From contig CAIIXF020000001.1 in the NCBI GenBank assembly GCA_903813345.2, positions 34,224,001 to 34,288,000 of the forward strand: 64,000 bases of DNA, read 5' to 3'. The notes beneath the pieces were generated by a model. It searched no databases and had not been told where the DNA came from. It saw nothing but the letters and a program-made list of their open reading frames with translations. The stretch is from Owenia fusiformis (taxonomy: Eukaryota). This document shows, in pieces, positions 13,401-26,388 of this stretch. The translations under genes and the position numbers were made by a program. How positions within the stretch are numbered: position 1 is the first letter of the stretch; each line of letters opens with the position of its first letter.

Positions 13401-14222
13401 TTTCACTGGTTATCAACCATCAACCCGATTTTAGATTTTGATTTTTTCTACTTTTTCAACCCTAACCTTTTAAATCTCTACCTTTTCAACTGTCAAGTAA
13501 TCAACACGAGTAAATAAAATTGACAATTCAAATAAAGATACCGATTCCGGTATTACCTTCTGTATTTATCGGCAACGTGTAATTTTACCCAGGAATTTTA
13601 CCATGCATCTACACGTCCTCTCCGCTCTCATTGATAAAGCACGCATGTCTGCAATCGGCATTGTTGAAAAGGACCAGGTTTAATATGGCAGGTGAAATTG
13701 ACAAATAAAATATGACCCCGCACCTTTTGTAAACGACAACGTACTCCCTTTAAAGCACATAGGCCTCGTCATGATACAGTAAACCATGACATCTCATCTT
13801 TTCTTACATGTTTCAGGTGAAACAGACAGATGCTATGAGTATCAGAATGCATAGGCCTGCATTACTGGCAATTCTTTTAAGAAGTCATCGATAATATGCA
13901 CGCAGTTTGGAAGAGTATGCGCGCAGTTTGTGATTTCTGGCTAAAATAGGCGCGCAGTTTGTGTTTTATTACTTCTTTCTCTCATGTTCATCTGATTTAA
14001 TACGAAATATTTTGTATTGTACGTGAGAACTGGGTTTAGATTTACCTATGAATCAAAACCCAAGTATTTTCTATTTCTGTGAAAAGTGCTTATCAACTTA
14101 TGTGTCGATAATCGAAAAATCGATGACAATTTTTTTTATTAATCTGCTTATATTTAGAACCTACGTTTATCTGGTCATACATTTCGCTATCACATGGTAG
14201 AATCATATAGTCGCCACCGAAT

Positions 14223-17114
14223 ACTGGGGAGTATCGTGATGCAACAACACCGTGTTGTTGCATCAAGATGGCCAGACTTCCGGTGATAGATTTTCGTACG
14301 ATATTTTGTTTCCCCAATTAAACCCATTTCTAGGACGAGTTGCTCAATAACCATACACGTGCAGTTAGCGCACGATCTATATTTAAAGAAACTGTCATTA
14401 GTATACATGTACCATCACCAAGAAGCAATAAGTTCACGGTTTTAGTTCCTCACTATTGATGCAACAACACCAACCCGAAGATGCAACAACACTCCTCTAG
14501 ATTTGAGCAATGATGCAGCAACACCAATTAATATTATAATTTCAGAAGACCATAAATCTCGAGAGGAACAGATTTTTAAATGCTACTATTGCAATACCGT
14601 TACCAATTAGCCTACCCATATTTGCGTTCTTCTCAAGGCATTCAATATTTTCAAACATTTATACTTTTACATATTATAATGTACTGGACGTTATTCTATA
14701 ACATAGTTCAATCGCCTTTAACATGACATGCTTTAGTAACCCAATCTATTTTCATAAACCACTGTTCCATAGCTTGATGACCCTGACTCCAGTTAGTATC
14801 ATTCAAAATGGTGGACAAACATCTTTCGTTCTCGGTAAACATGATGAGCTATTGGATATTATCATGATATTATCTGTCATCCATCTGTGGAACAGTGATA
14901 AACTAGTAGATGTACGTTACCACTGTTTATCAAATTATAACTAAAACAGTTTAACTGTGACATTCGTGAGCTTATGTTGATGGGATGATTGCTTCATCTA
15001 AGATATAATATGGTATGATTCTTTATTTCCTACAATTTGGAGAGCCAACGTGTAAAAACGTCTAATTGACTTTATTAGAGAGGCCGTTTAGTTACACGTT
15101 TAATGGAAATCTTGCACGACGCACATGTAGAATTATTGCTCTCTTTGGATTCCTTCTCTCCGACTGAGTAAAAAGGTAAACAAAAGTGATAAAATTTAGG
15201 GCCCAAAAAGGTAAATTGATAGGGGTACAGTTATCCCAGATATCCCGGGCCCTCGGGAAATATCACATTGTCTCTCGAAATAAAACCAATATTGAGTCCC
15301 TCTCAGTAAATAACTTTTATATAATAGCATTGTATAACTGCAATATCATTAAACCAACACTCATCCTATACAACTCTTGAGAACGATGTACAACTCCTGG
15401 ATAGCGTAAACTCCTGAGCAGCGTATACAACTCTTCAACTTGATATATGACATCATACTTTGGGTGGGATAACAAAGGATATACAATATACAATTGTAGA
15501 CCCCTCTTGAGGTCAACTGGCAAAACTGTATACCGATACTGTGAACCTTGAAAGTACTGTTGATCAAGACCAGATGTCGAGGACACTTTTGCCAGTTGAC
15601 CGAAAAGAGAGGTTAACAATTGTTCTGTTAGTCCAAATAATATAATAATTGGACGAATATATAATCGAATATCACGTGAACATATTTGATAAGGTATCAT
15701 ATTTTAGCAAAAAATCCCCAAACCGTCGAATACTTGTAATTTTTTACACAACTTATTTTTTCAAAATTAAAAAAATTTCAACATTAAAAAAAACAATTTT
15801 TCAAAAATAGGGGTCAACAGTACCTAGTAGTGGTCAACAGTTTACAATTGTTGACCTCCCCAGAGGCCAACCGGCAAAATTGTATACCGAGACTGTAAAC
15901 CGAAAAAATACTGTTGACAGAGACCGAAGGTCGAGGTCAACAGTAGTTTCAAGGTTTACAGTCGAGGTATATGATTTTGACGGTTGATCGAATGGAGAGG
16001 TCTACAATTGTTTTGTTAGTCCGAGTAAACTAATAATACACATATAGACGACGATCATCAATCGGCATGGCTTCATTTCACAACCTTTTCTCCGAACCAC
16101 GTTAGCAATATTTTTTTTAGAAAATATGGAGACAGTGCAAGAAGCTTAACTCTGTATTTGGCACATCACGGCGTACTCGTTAGTGAATTAATGTTAATTT
16201 TAAGTTTCTATTTGTATTTTTGCTATACTTGTCGCCTAGTAAAGTCATTTTCATCAACATTTACAAAATGTCCGTCTTCCATGTTTTTTTGTGACGTCAT
16301 GAAACTTTTTTTCAGAAGTAGCGGTCAACAGTACCTAGTAGCGGTCAACAGTACATAATTTTGACCGCTAATCATCCAATCAGAATCGAGTACTAGTATT
16401 TCAGTTGAGGTACTAACAATACATTTTGTTGCCCGCTCATCAACCAATCAGAATTGAGTATTTCAATTGAGGTACTAACAACACAAAATGACTGATATCT
16501 GTTGTCTTTCCAAAATTATATTAGTTATTTGTAAGCAATTTCCATACGGTAAATCAAGGGCATTTAATTTAGAAAATGTATAATCTTTACTTTTCAGATA
16601 CAATATCAATGAGATTGCCTCCCGGGGATTCTATACTTTATTTAGTTTGCCTTGTATATCCTTTTAACTTTGATATAGACAAAGAAACCAAACAAAATAC
16701 GTTTCGTTCATGGACCACTGACTCACGCGTTTTATTCATGTCCCGACCTACACCTGTAAACAGAACATAAAACAGTTTATCTTGTTGTTCAATGATACGT
16801 ACATTATATTGGCGTTTTTGCATCAGCACATTGGTGTTGTTGCATCATCGATAAGAAACAGAGTGGTGTTGTTGCATCAATAGTGAGGAATTAAAACCAC
16901 GAATTTATCGCTTCTTGATGATGCTACATGTATACCAATGACAGTTTTTTAAAATATAGATCATGTGCTAACTGCATGTGTATGATTATTGAGCAACTCG
17001 TCCTAGAAATGGGTGTAAATTGGGAAAACAAAACATCGTACGAAAATCTATCACCGGAAGTCTGGCCATCTTGATGCAACAACACGGTGTTGTTGCATCA
17101 CGATACCCCCCAGT
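14223..17114. mobile_element. Non-autonomous DNA transposon with ~250-bp TIRs and 4-bp TSD
   Basis: ACTGGGGAGTATCGTGATGCAACAACAC... is mirrored by ...GTGTTGTTGCATCACGATACCCCCCAGT. GAAT lies on both sides (14219-14222, 17115-17118). The motif GATGCAACAACAC is repeated. Confidence 0.8.
15490..16480. repeat. Two related long-hairpin units
   Basis: Hairpin 15844-16011 (CAATTGTTGACCTC...GAGGTCTACAATTG, centre GACCGAAGGTC) and a diverged copy at 15490-15622. Confidence 0.6.
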
Positions 17115-17857
17115 GAATGCGGAATAAATGTCTTAAAAGGACGTTTGAAACACAGACTCCAACTTGTTTGATGCAATGTTGATAAGCGCGCAGTTTGTCA
17201 AGTCTTTCAAACTGCGTGCATAGTAGGCAAGCAGTTTGGCTACCGTTTGCGATCACCGGATGGATTCTATCTTGTAGTGACGTCACAATTAGGCCACTCA
17301 GCTTTAAAATGTTTGATTTTGAGAGATAATCTTCTATATTTCGTGCTTCATTGATTTATTTTTCACAAAAGCGTTCGATTTGACTAGATCAACATTCATG
17401 CTAAGCACATACCAAGTCTAAGATCTTACTGACATGATTTAGATAGCGGTTAAGCGCCCCCGATTTTGAAAAAAACGGGGGCGCTTATAGGCATCGATGT
17501 TTAGTATGAATTTCACCCAAACTTCGCACATATATAGATATACTCATGATCTAGTCAAATCGGCATACCTGGTAAATATCCGACCCATGGTTTTCATTAT
17601 AGAAACGACAATATTTTTAGCTCAAAACTGCCACGTGTCCGCCATTTCGTGATTCCATCATGTCTAATATCATTTCTATATGACGTCAAACCAATAAGAT
17701 GAAATACATGACAACAGTATCCATAAACAAAATTCCTGAATTCTGATCGCAAAATGTCACAACAATGGAAATGACGTCTTGGATCTCCTGCTGGTCAAAT
17801 TGAGCTATAACAACAATACAACATTTCTTGTTTGTTTTATAAGTTGGTTTGTATAAT

Positions 17858-17876
17858 CACGGACCTGAAGTCCGTG
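17858..17876. mobile_element. Palindromic micro-insertion with 7-bp TSD (candidate footprint)
   Basis: GTATAAT [CACGGACCTGAAGTCCGTG] GTATAAT. Confidence 0.7.
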
Positions 17877-20800
17877 GTATAATCACCGGTAGTATCCAAA
17901 GCCCCGCTATGATTTCAAAGTAGCGAGCAAGTTCCCGCTGAAATCGCGAGGAATAAAAAAAGTGATGGGTTGTCTTTTTTTTACTTGAATTGTATGATAT
18001 ACAAAACGTTTTCTTTTTAATTTTCCGCAATGATAACATGGTATTGAGACTAAAAAGGCAACTGATGGAAAAAAGTATCACGAGTGGTCGTTCTGTGGTT
18101 CTTTATTTGACAATTGAAGAGAGAAAAGTATCATCTTGAATCTTTATCTATATATTTCTATACGTTATAGGTGAAGAACGACGTTGTCCTGTGGTTGAAA
18201 AAATGGTAGTGATTTGAAATAAAAATGTACTGAGTTTCACTTCCTAAAGCTTTACAGAACACTTTATACTTCAATTTTATCATATCTCTCAAGGCCCAGC
18301 TTCCAGCGGAGCAAAAAAAGCAAAGACCCCGCTGAAATCATGAGGAGGCCCCGCTGAAAACATGAGGAGGTCCCGCTGAAAACAGGAGCAAGTGTCTCTC
18401 AAAAATGGAATGAATCCTGATTATACCGTGAAAATCTCCCACTATCGTACCCAGCTTGATCCACTATTTTACCCAGTTTCATGAATACATCATTTGTTGA
18501 TACAATTTTCAAAAACAGCAAATACTGTATTGATATAGTAGATATTATGATACGTTGTAATGGAAAATGTGATGAGAATAAGATCGGATGAAATGTTAAA
18601 AGTTTAACCTCATTTTCATAATTACGATGTGAACATAAATGTTGTTGATTTTACGCATCAAATCTAATCAATTCGTCTGTTTGAAAAGCTAAGTGGAATT
18701 CCATCATTTATGAGTACAAGTCGATATTTAGTGAGATTCATGCGTAAGCTAAAACGATTAAGTCAGAAAAATGTTCAGTTATACTATTTTTGTCTCAATC
18801 TCCTGTTGCCAGCTTAGATACTGACTCACTCAACCACCCACTAATTAAATCACTCACTTTTTCACTCCCTTTTCAGGAGTGATTGAGTGAATGAGTGAGT
18901 GAATAAATTAATGAATGGATGGATACATGGATGAATGAGAATATAAAGATTATATGTGGTATGCTTCTAAAAAAAGATAATAATAATAAAAGGAGATTAA
19001 TAGTAATAATATTAAATCAAAAAAATAAGAATCAATCATTTAAAATGAATCTGCATTGAGGTATTTATGGGTATATATGAATTTAATGTAATGAATGCAT
19101 ACTATATGTAATTGTAAGTGTTTACTTAATGTGAATAATAAAATATATATATATATTATGTCTCAATATTCTTAGTTTAGCAAATAAATACTATTGCCTA
19201 ATGACATAATAATAACATAATAAATGTCAATAATTAATTAATTGATCATAATCAATAATTAATTAATTACAGCACTGTAAACTGTACTTCGTGAATTAGC
19301 GCATCATTGAAAAATATAGAGGGTACTTGACTTTGCTAATTAATAAAAAAAAAAAGTAATTAGTAAACCCCCATATATAATTTTTGCACTAAACAGCTAC
19401 ATGAAATATCAGGCAAAACCGATGCTAACTTCCAAAGTTATCAAATCAATTCACACTAGGGTGGTACCCCCATTAGGAACTCTAGAGTTAAATGATAAAC
19501 ATATATTCCTACATGCGTTTCCACCTGGTGAGCACCTGTCAGCGTTACCGTTTACTTATTAATGTAGGGTCTAGCAAAGGTCCATAAAGAATTTATAAAT
19601 ATTAAATCTTAATATTTTTTAAGTTTACAACTGCTGATATACTAATTGGTTGTTTGAATGGTAATTAGCATGATATATCTATTTTATTTGTTAAATTGTA
19701 AATGAGACTAACTGTCCGTCTGTATTTTTTCAATATTTTATACAATTATTTTACCCTGATTGTACATCTACATGTATTTAGTTCTTCAGGAGTTGACAAG
19801 TAAAATAATACTATTTATTTGATGTTTTAATCGATGTTTCAATCATGTTCATCACTGGTGTTCTCCTGGGTTGCACTTATTGTCACGCCTATTTAGACTC
19901 ATGATCTTGTTATATTTTGATACATGATCTTATTGGCAATTAAATTTGAATGTATGAGCGTACATAAATGTACGGGCCCGTTGAAATTGGGGATGGGGAT
20001 GTGTTTGGTGCGATTGCATTCCCTATGGCACCCTCTCACTAAAACTGAAAATGGAACTTTTATTATTTTTTCTAATTGACTCAAACACTTTGGAAGTGCA
20101 TAGAAATCACTGAATAGCATTTTACCCCATGCACCCTCCTACCAGAAAACAGGGGAATTAATCAGTTTTTGATTTTTTATAATCTCAAACACAAAAGTGT
20201 CAAGAATTCATCAATCAATTCTGAATTTTGTTCTTTTGTTTCTAACACTTAAAGCGGATATCATCATATTTGAAATATGATGATATCCCCATGTTAAGTC
20301 AATGGAGACAACGAAAATTAAAAACAGAAGATGTGAACTTTGCAAAGCTTGACCTACCTTCCAGGGTCAAGGTCTAGGTTTTTCTTAATATTGATCTCTA
20401 ATAATTTATCATATTTTCATATTTTTTTAATGTTTTTTTATAATTGATGATTTTGTAAATTAGACCCCTGCTGAAATCTCAAATGAATAAAGATCTGTTA
20501 ATTTGTATGATGATCTCCAAATTTAGAAATAGGCAATGGTGTAATTATAACTAGTATAGACAAATTTAAATCGTTAGACTTATTTAATTATACAGTGTTT
20601 AATGATTTATACCACCCACTGAGAGTTTGGAGTCCATTTTGGTCTTATTTTTCAGTTGAAATGGTATAAAATGTTCTTGATGTCAAAGAATTTATAATAT
20701 TTTTACTTATTTATTATCTATTGAAAAGATATTTTTAGATATAAAAATTGTTTTGAAAAATGACCCCTGCGTCATCCCAAATAAATGATAAACGGTTGTG

Positions 20801-21576
20801 TGATGCTCAACAAGCAAAAATATGTTCCGTGATATTAAATCTACCAATACAATATATTTAAAACAGTGGAGCTTCAACAGGAGGAAGTTATTAAAATGTT
20901 GTCAATTCCTTTAGTATTAAAAGTCTCAAACATATAGTACTCTATAAGCAAATTTTTAGTGTTCAAAACAGTATGCTTGTACCCATGTCATAAACTAATG
21001 CAATTCAAAAACAAATTCGTAAAATAACCATTGTGAAAAGTTTAATAAAGCAATGCATCTTTAAATCAATGTCATGTTTAAAAAAGAAAAGAGGTGAACA
21101 CAAAACAATAGATGACAATCAAGAGTACCTTTTCAAGTACTCAAGGAAATGTTCTGAATAAACGGTTTCGTAGATACTTGTTTAAAATGAATGTTATGAT
21201 TCAGATCAGTTAAAATCTAAAATGGCTCTGATCTCACGAACCATCCTACACACATCCGTCTCAATGTTGACCCGAGACTTAGCACTGTTTGAACACAAGG
21301 ACACCTCATGCTTGGGCTTACATGCTTTATTCCCAGACGTCCTTCCTTTATTCACTAAAATGCCATTTGAGAAACACAAAATATAGAATCTTTCCTAAAT
21401 CCAAATCATGTTTTTTAGTTTAGGGGAATGTATTCGGTGTTTGATTTTAGACAAGTCATAAATAATGTCAAATCGGAGAAATGAAAGAACTAACATGCGG
21501 ATTCTACATTGCTCGATCGAGTGACCTACTTTGTCTACCACGCCCACTTGTCCCTACCTGGTTCTAAAGACGCCAT

Positions 21577-21883
21577 AACAAAATGGATGAACTTCCATCG
21601 GAGGAAATTCTTATTTTCACCAACAAGGAGGTCGATTTCTACCCAAATATTTTAATAGGCCATAACATGAAGCAACCAGACGTTTCGAAATTCATCAGAT
21701 AACATCCTAGTTGCTGATGTGAGGAATTCTCAATCGATTACTTGAGCTGATGGATATATTTGCTCGCTACTGCCTAGATTTTCAGAAAACGGATGTTACA
21801 TTTGGTAAAATATTTGAAAACATATCGACACCCTACTTTTAACTTTTAATTTTCTCCAACGGAAGTTCATCCATTTTGTTATA
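21577..21883. mobile_element. MITE-like inverted-repeat element
   Basis: ATAACAAAATGGATGAACTTCC at about 21577 is mirrored by GGAAGTTCATCCATTTTGTTAT ending at about 21882. Confidence 0.6.
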
Positions 21884-22725
21884 AAGACGTAACGTCTTCA
21901 ACAGGTGGGGATCAATGACGCCCTCGATGGCAAGTTTAAACTATGGGAAATCATATTGCCTCAAATGGGCAAACTATGAACAATGATGACTTCAACCACC
22001 TCAAACTGTGAAATTTTCAATCTACATCGACTCACTGTCTTCAATTTACAAAGTGAAGAATATTTTCATGTCACATGTCAGATAAACATAACGATAAGTG
22101 TCAAGGTTCTGCTAGCGTCATTATATCCGAATTCATATCTAAAAATAAGTTATCTATTTCAGAATGGAAGTGTAGTTGCCAAAGTGACCATGACCCTTAC
22201 AACGCTTCATAAAATATTTCCAAACTTTGCACTTCTGGTCCCAATGCATTACTTTTAAAAGTACCTTATGGGACCACCAACGCTAGCCTTGTTACATGTA
22301 ATTATGGGAAACCCCCGTACATGTTTGAACAAAAAATTATTCGGATCTTAAAGACACGGGGATCTAGGCGCCAAGGTCAACCCTTATATGGTTGTTAAGG
22401 TGACATCTTGACTCTACTGATTGATATCGATGCTTTGCCAACTCGACCCTTGCAAAAAGTTTCATTGAAAAGATCTTATTTTAGTAATTTTAAGAATTTA
22501 AGACAACGTGCATTGTGGAATGACCATTCCTTTCAGGCGTTGTTTCCTAAAATTAACACTCGATGTTGCGCATCTTGTGCCAATTTAGAAAACAACACCT
22601 TCAAGGAATGGTCAGTTCACATTGCACTGAGTCCAGGGCGTAAATCCTTAAATAACGTGTTCGAGTATTATTCACTTCAGGCTCGAAGGTCTTCACATTT
22701 AATTTTTGTTATTTTTGTCACTTAC

Positions 22726-22921
22726 CAACGGTGTACACGACCCCCCTTGCTGCATCATAGGAACTCTGTGCGGCAGCATCTTGCCGAATGTCGAACGTTG
22801 GCTTGCTGTCGGTGTACATGAATGGGAGATAGATGGTGGAGACATGGCTTAGACCAACATTCGTCGACACCTTGTTGACGCCACATGTTAATACCAGATA
22901 AAGTAATGCCATCGGGGGCAT
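22726..22921 (-). CDS. msp130-like: First coding exon of an MSP130-like (mesenchyme-specific cell surface glycoprotein / choice-of-anchor I type) secreted protein
   Basis: On the minus strand, acceptor TTTTTCAG precedes 22934, ATG is at 22921 and donor GTAAGT follows 22726 (phase 1). Peptide MPPMALLYLVLTCGVNKVSTNVGLSHVSTIYLPFMYTDSKPTFDIRQDAAAQSSYDAARGVVYTVG has a hydrophobic leader and the STxYLP...AAxQxxYD...YxVG pattern I recall from MSP130-family N-termini. GC is higher than in the flanks. Confidence 0.7.
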
Positions 22922-23008
22922 GGTCAGAGTGTTGCTGAAAAATATAGCATTTTATATTTTCATTCAATTGAAAATTCTTATTTATGTAGGTTTCCACTAT
23001 TTATTTTT

Positions 23009-23700
23009 TTGTTTTACCAACAAATAAAATATCTTAATCATATAAACGATAAAGGAACCGACTCACTTCTACGTGAAGCCCTTGAGGTAAATAAACAACT
23101 GACAGATATGAATAAACAATCATGGCTCACGCACATCAATGATGTACTTAAATATATTTATTTACAATGGTACTTCACCAAACTTTTTGTAAGAAACCAA
23201 GAGAAATAAAGAAATTACTGGAAAATAGATACATACAATTTGGGAAACTAAAATAAAATCAAATAATGGTAAATTGAGGTTTTATAAGACAATGAAAGCA
23301 AAATGGAACAAGGAACCCTACTTGGATTTAATCAAAAATGAAATAGACAGAAATAACTTGACAAAGCTAAGAATTAGCGCACATAAATTTGAAATCGAAA
23401 CAGGTCGTTACACAAAACTAATTACCCCTATTGAAGAAAGAAAATGTCTTGTGTAACAAGAAAACCGATTCAGAATGCCATTTCCTATTTGAATGCAATA
23501 AGTTTAAAGATGTTCGGTCAAGTTACATGGATAAACTTAAAAAAACACTGTCAAAATTTAGAAAACATGAATATCGTGGAACATAAATTAATGTTTCTAT
23601 TTAATTCAGAGGGCATAATATTAAATATACTCGCAAAGTATATATCAAATATTTTTATCGAGAGAGAAAAAAACACGAAATGCATCCAATAAAAGCTTGC
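23009..23700 (+). pseudogene. 3' fragment of a non-LTR retrotransposon ORF2 (RTE-X/L2-like C-terminus)
   Basis: EPYLDLIKNEIDRNNLTKLRISAHKFEIETGRY...ERKCLVC, then (shifted frame) ECHFLFEC, the C-terminal CCHC motif of LINE ORF2. Frameshifted and 5'-truncated. Confidence 0.8.
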
Positions 23701-24745
23701 AATGATCAAGCACGCTTTAGTTTCATTGTTTTCTGTATAAGCTGTACACTTTGAAGGAGGATGCACAATTGTTGTTAATTAAATTCAAATAAATCATCCA
23801 AAACGATTTCTGCTCGCGTTTTCCAGTTTATGGAGAATACTATACTATCGCACCCCCCCCCCTCAATTCAACTGGCTGAAAAATGGCTACGCCCCTGCAA
23901 TATATTCACTTTGTTTCATGAATATTTTGTTTCACATACTTTAGGTAGTTACTGAAAAAGCATATATCTGTGATGTACAGGATATCAACAATGATTATTT
24001 TAATGAATCCTCTATTACAAGAAGTTAAATTTTCAATGAAATATGTAAGAATTGATCATAAATAGGAAAATTATTTGATACCAAATATCTTGAAAATACT
24101 TCTCTGAATCAAATTATCAATAACACTGAAAGCAACCCCCATAACACTGTTAATTGTTGATTCAAAAAAGTATTTAATGTTAGCAATTAGCAAAGATTTG
24201 AACTTCATCAATCTGTTATCATATTTGCACCAAGCAGTACATTCTACCTCACTGTATTAAGTAACAAAGAGACTATATGAGAGAGCGGTCAGCTGCTATT
24301 TACCCTTTGTTTTCCTTTGAGGATTAAATGTTAAATTCAGATACCAAAGAAAGTGAACTTGTTACTGAAAGTAGATGTTATTTCGTAATAATTTCAGTTT
24401 TCTAAAGTGCCATGAATGGCCTAAGTTAAACGTTAGTTTTTTAAAAAGAAAAAGGATATATCACTTGTTCCGGAGGAATCTATTTATTAAAAAGAAATTG
24501 CGGACTGTGGCAAGATAAATTATAGGATGATTGTCCGAGGAGAGGATGTTACCAGAAAATAAATCGGTTTGATGTCTTGAAAGACTAGGCTACCGGTTCT
24601 AGAGCCCGTTTTAGAGTTATGTTCCAGTTGCAGATGCACGTACAGTCTATCCAAATTTCTATTACACGAAGTAATGAAGCCAACACTGCAAGATTGGTAA
24701 TATAATAATTTTTTATATGTAACGGTTAAAGGTTTATTTTTTAAG

Positions 24746-25045
24746 TGAAATGAAACTTCAAATGTGAGGATGTCAAATGGCCAGCATGTGAATGTTGGCA
24801 AAGTTGGAATCATCCATTTGACTAAAAAGGGAGTTCCTCCCAAAAATGAAACCTCAAATGTGAGGATGTCAAATGGCCAGCATGTGAATGTTGGCAAAGT
24901 TGGAATCATCCAACTGTTGACTAAAAAGGGAGTTCCTCCCAAAAATGAAACCTCGAAGGCAAGGATGTCAAATGGCTAGCATGCGAGTGTTGGTAAAATT
25001 GGAGCCAGCCAATAGTTGACTATAAAGGGAGTTCCTCTCAAAAAT
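24746..25045. repeat. 93-96 bp minisatellite, 3 copies
   Basis: Unit AAATGAAACCTCAAATGTGAGGATGTCAAATGGCCAGCATG...GGGAGTTCCTCCC; the third copy is diverged. Confidence 0.9.
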
Positions 25046-26331
25046 TATACTACTATTCCAGCCTTACACTGCTTGGAATATCTGTAATTACTGAAGAATG
25101 GAAGTTCCTTCCAAAACTGTTTAAGTGTATTACATTGATGGAACATTTTTCCCGTTTCATTTTCTTTAAGAAGAATGAAAAAATTAAAGAAGCTTGTTTG
25201 TAGCCATGCATGGCACAAATGTAGAAACCCATTATGTTCAGTAACTAATCCTGTTTTGAGGATGTTGCTAGCTAGAGCTGCCTCAGCTCGGATCAAATTG
25301 TGGCAATAGAATCGCAAAAACGTGTTTTTCCTACTAAAGTTCAAAGATATAAGGGACATGTGCACCCTTTTGAAAGCATTGCTACTATTAAACATTACAA
25401 TTGGGCAAAATAAGCTACAATATTCAGTATAATTTCTCAGAGCCAATCAAGCGTCAACCTGTTTCAGACTGATGATCAAGTCTTTTTGCATCATAGCAAT
25501 CGCATCTGTCCCAGATCAAGTGCTATCACGGTAATAGAGCTAAGGTAGTTGAAATGTATTTTTAACAGATTACATAATATCCTTATATACCTTTCAAAAC
25601 AAAAAAGATTAAAATTGGAGAAATTAGCACAGTTAGTGCAGGTAAATGATAACTTTTCATTAAAACTTTTATCCAACTCTATCCTTGAGGATAGAGGTCC
25701 ATGCATTAAACAAACTTGACTAGACTTAATCTTCAATCGAAAAGTTAAACAATCTTAAGTGTGGATGATCCAAAATTGAAACTTGTACTAGATATAGCAT
25801 CATAAAAATCACACACTTTGATGAGAATGTTTAAGATTAAAATTACTTGAAAGTATCAGCTTTTTTAGCTAGGTCACTAATTTTTTAGAAATGATGCTTT
25901 AAATGCATAAACTGTGAAGTCAGTGTTATCACTTTTCATCTTTATTCATACAGTATGTATTACATTAATGTCGGTACCTTGACAGATATTAGTCATATAA
26001 AAATGCATGCACACAAAACATTGTGCCTACTTGGGAAGGACACATGAGAAACAGTTCTAAGGATAGCATAGACAATGTGAAATCACAGCTTGCTAACCTT
26101 ATTACATAAGCATGAGCATCTTTTTCAAAGGTCATTGGGTTTGTGTCTTTATTGTTGCAACTTATGATAATCTCCTACTTTTTCAATACATTAATCTTGA
26201 ATAAGATGAAAGTAAGGCATGAAACATCAGAGGCAATTATGAAGCAATTATATCATTATCGAATGATTCTAATGTAGCTGGCAGACTGGGGAACAATGAC
26301 ATCCAGTGACTCAATCAGTCATGGTGTCCAA

Positions 26332-26388
26332 GACATGACCCTCTTCACTGATGCATCGGGGAGTGGTTGAAGCTGTGTATGAAATGGC
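26332..26388 (+). pseudogene. DIRS-type retrotransposon RNase H motif relic
   Basis: Translates DMTLFTDASGSG*SCV*NG, matching LFTDAS..GWG..W with both Trp codons changed to TGA. Confidence 0.5.

Larger units (their letters stand above)
11853..17252 (+). mobile_element. Decayed DNA transposon with CAAACTGCGCGC subterminal repeats, hosting nested insertions
   Basis: CGGTAGGCAAACTGCGCGCATACTATGCGCGCAGTTTG at about 11860 is matched in inverse at about 17185-17246. Exact ends and TSD are not resolved. Confidence 0.6.
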
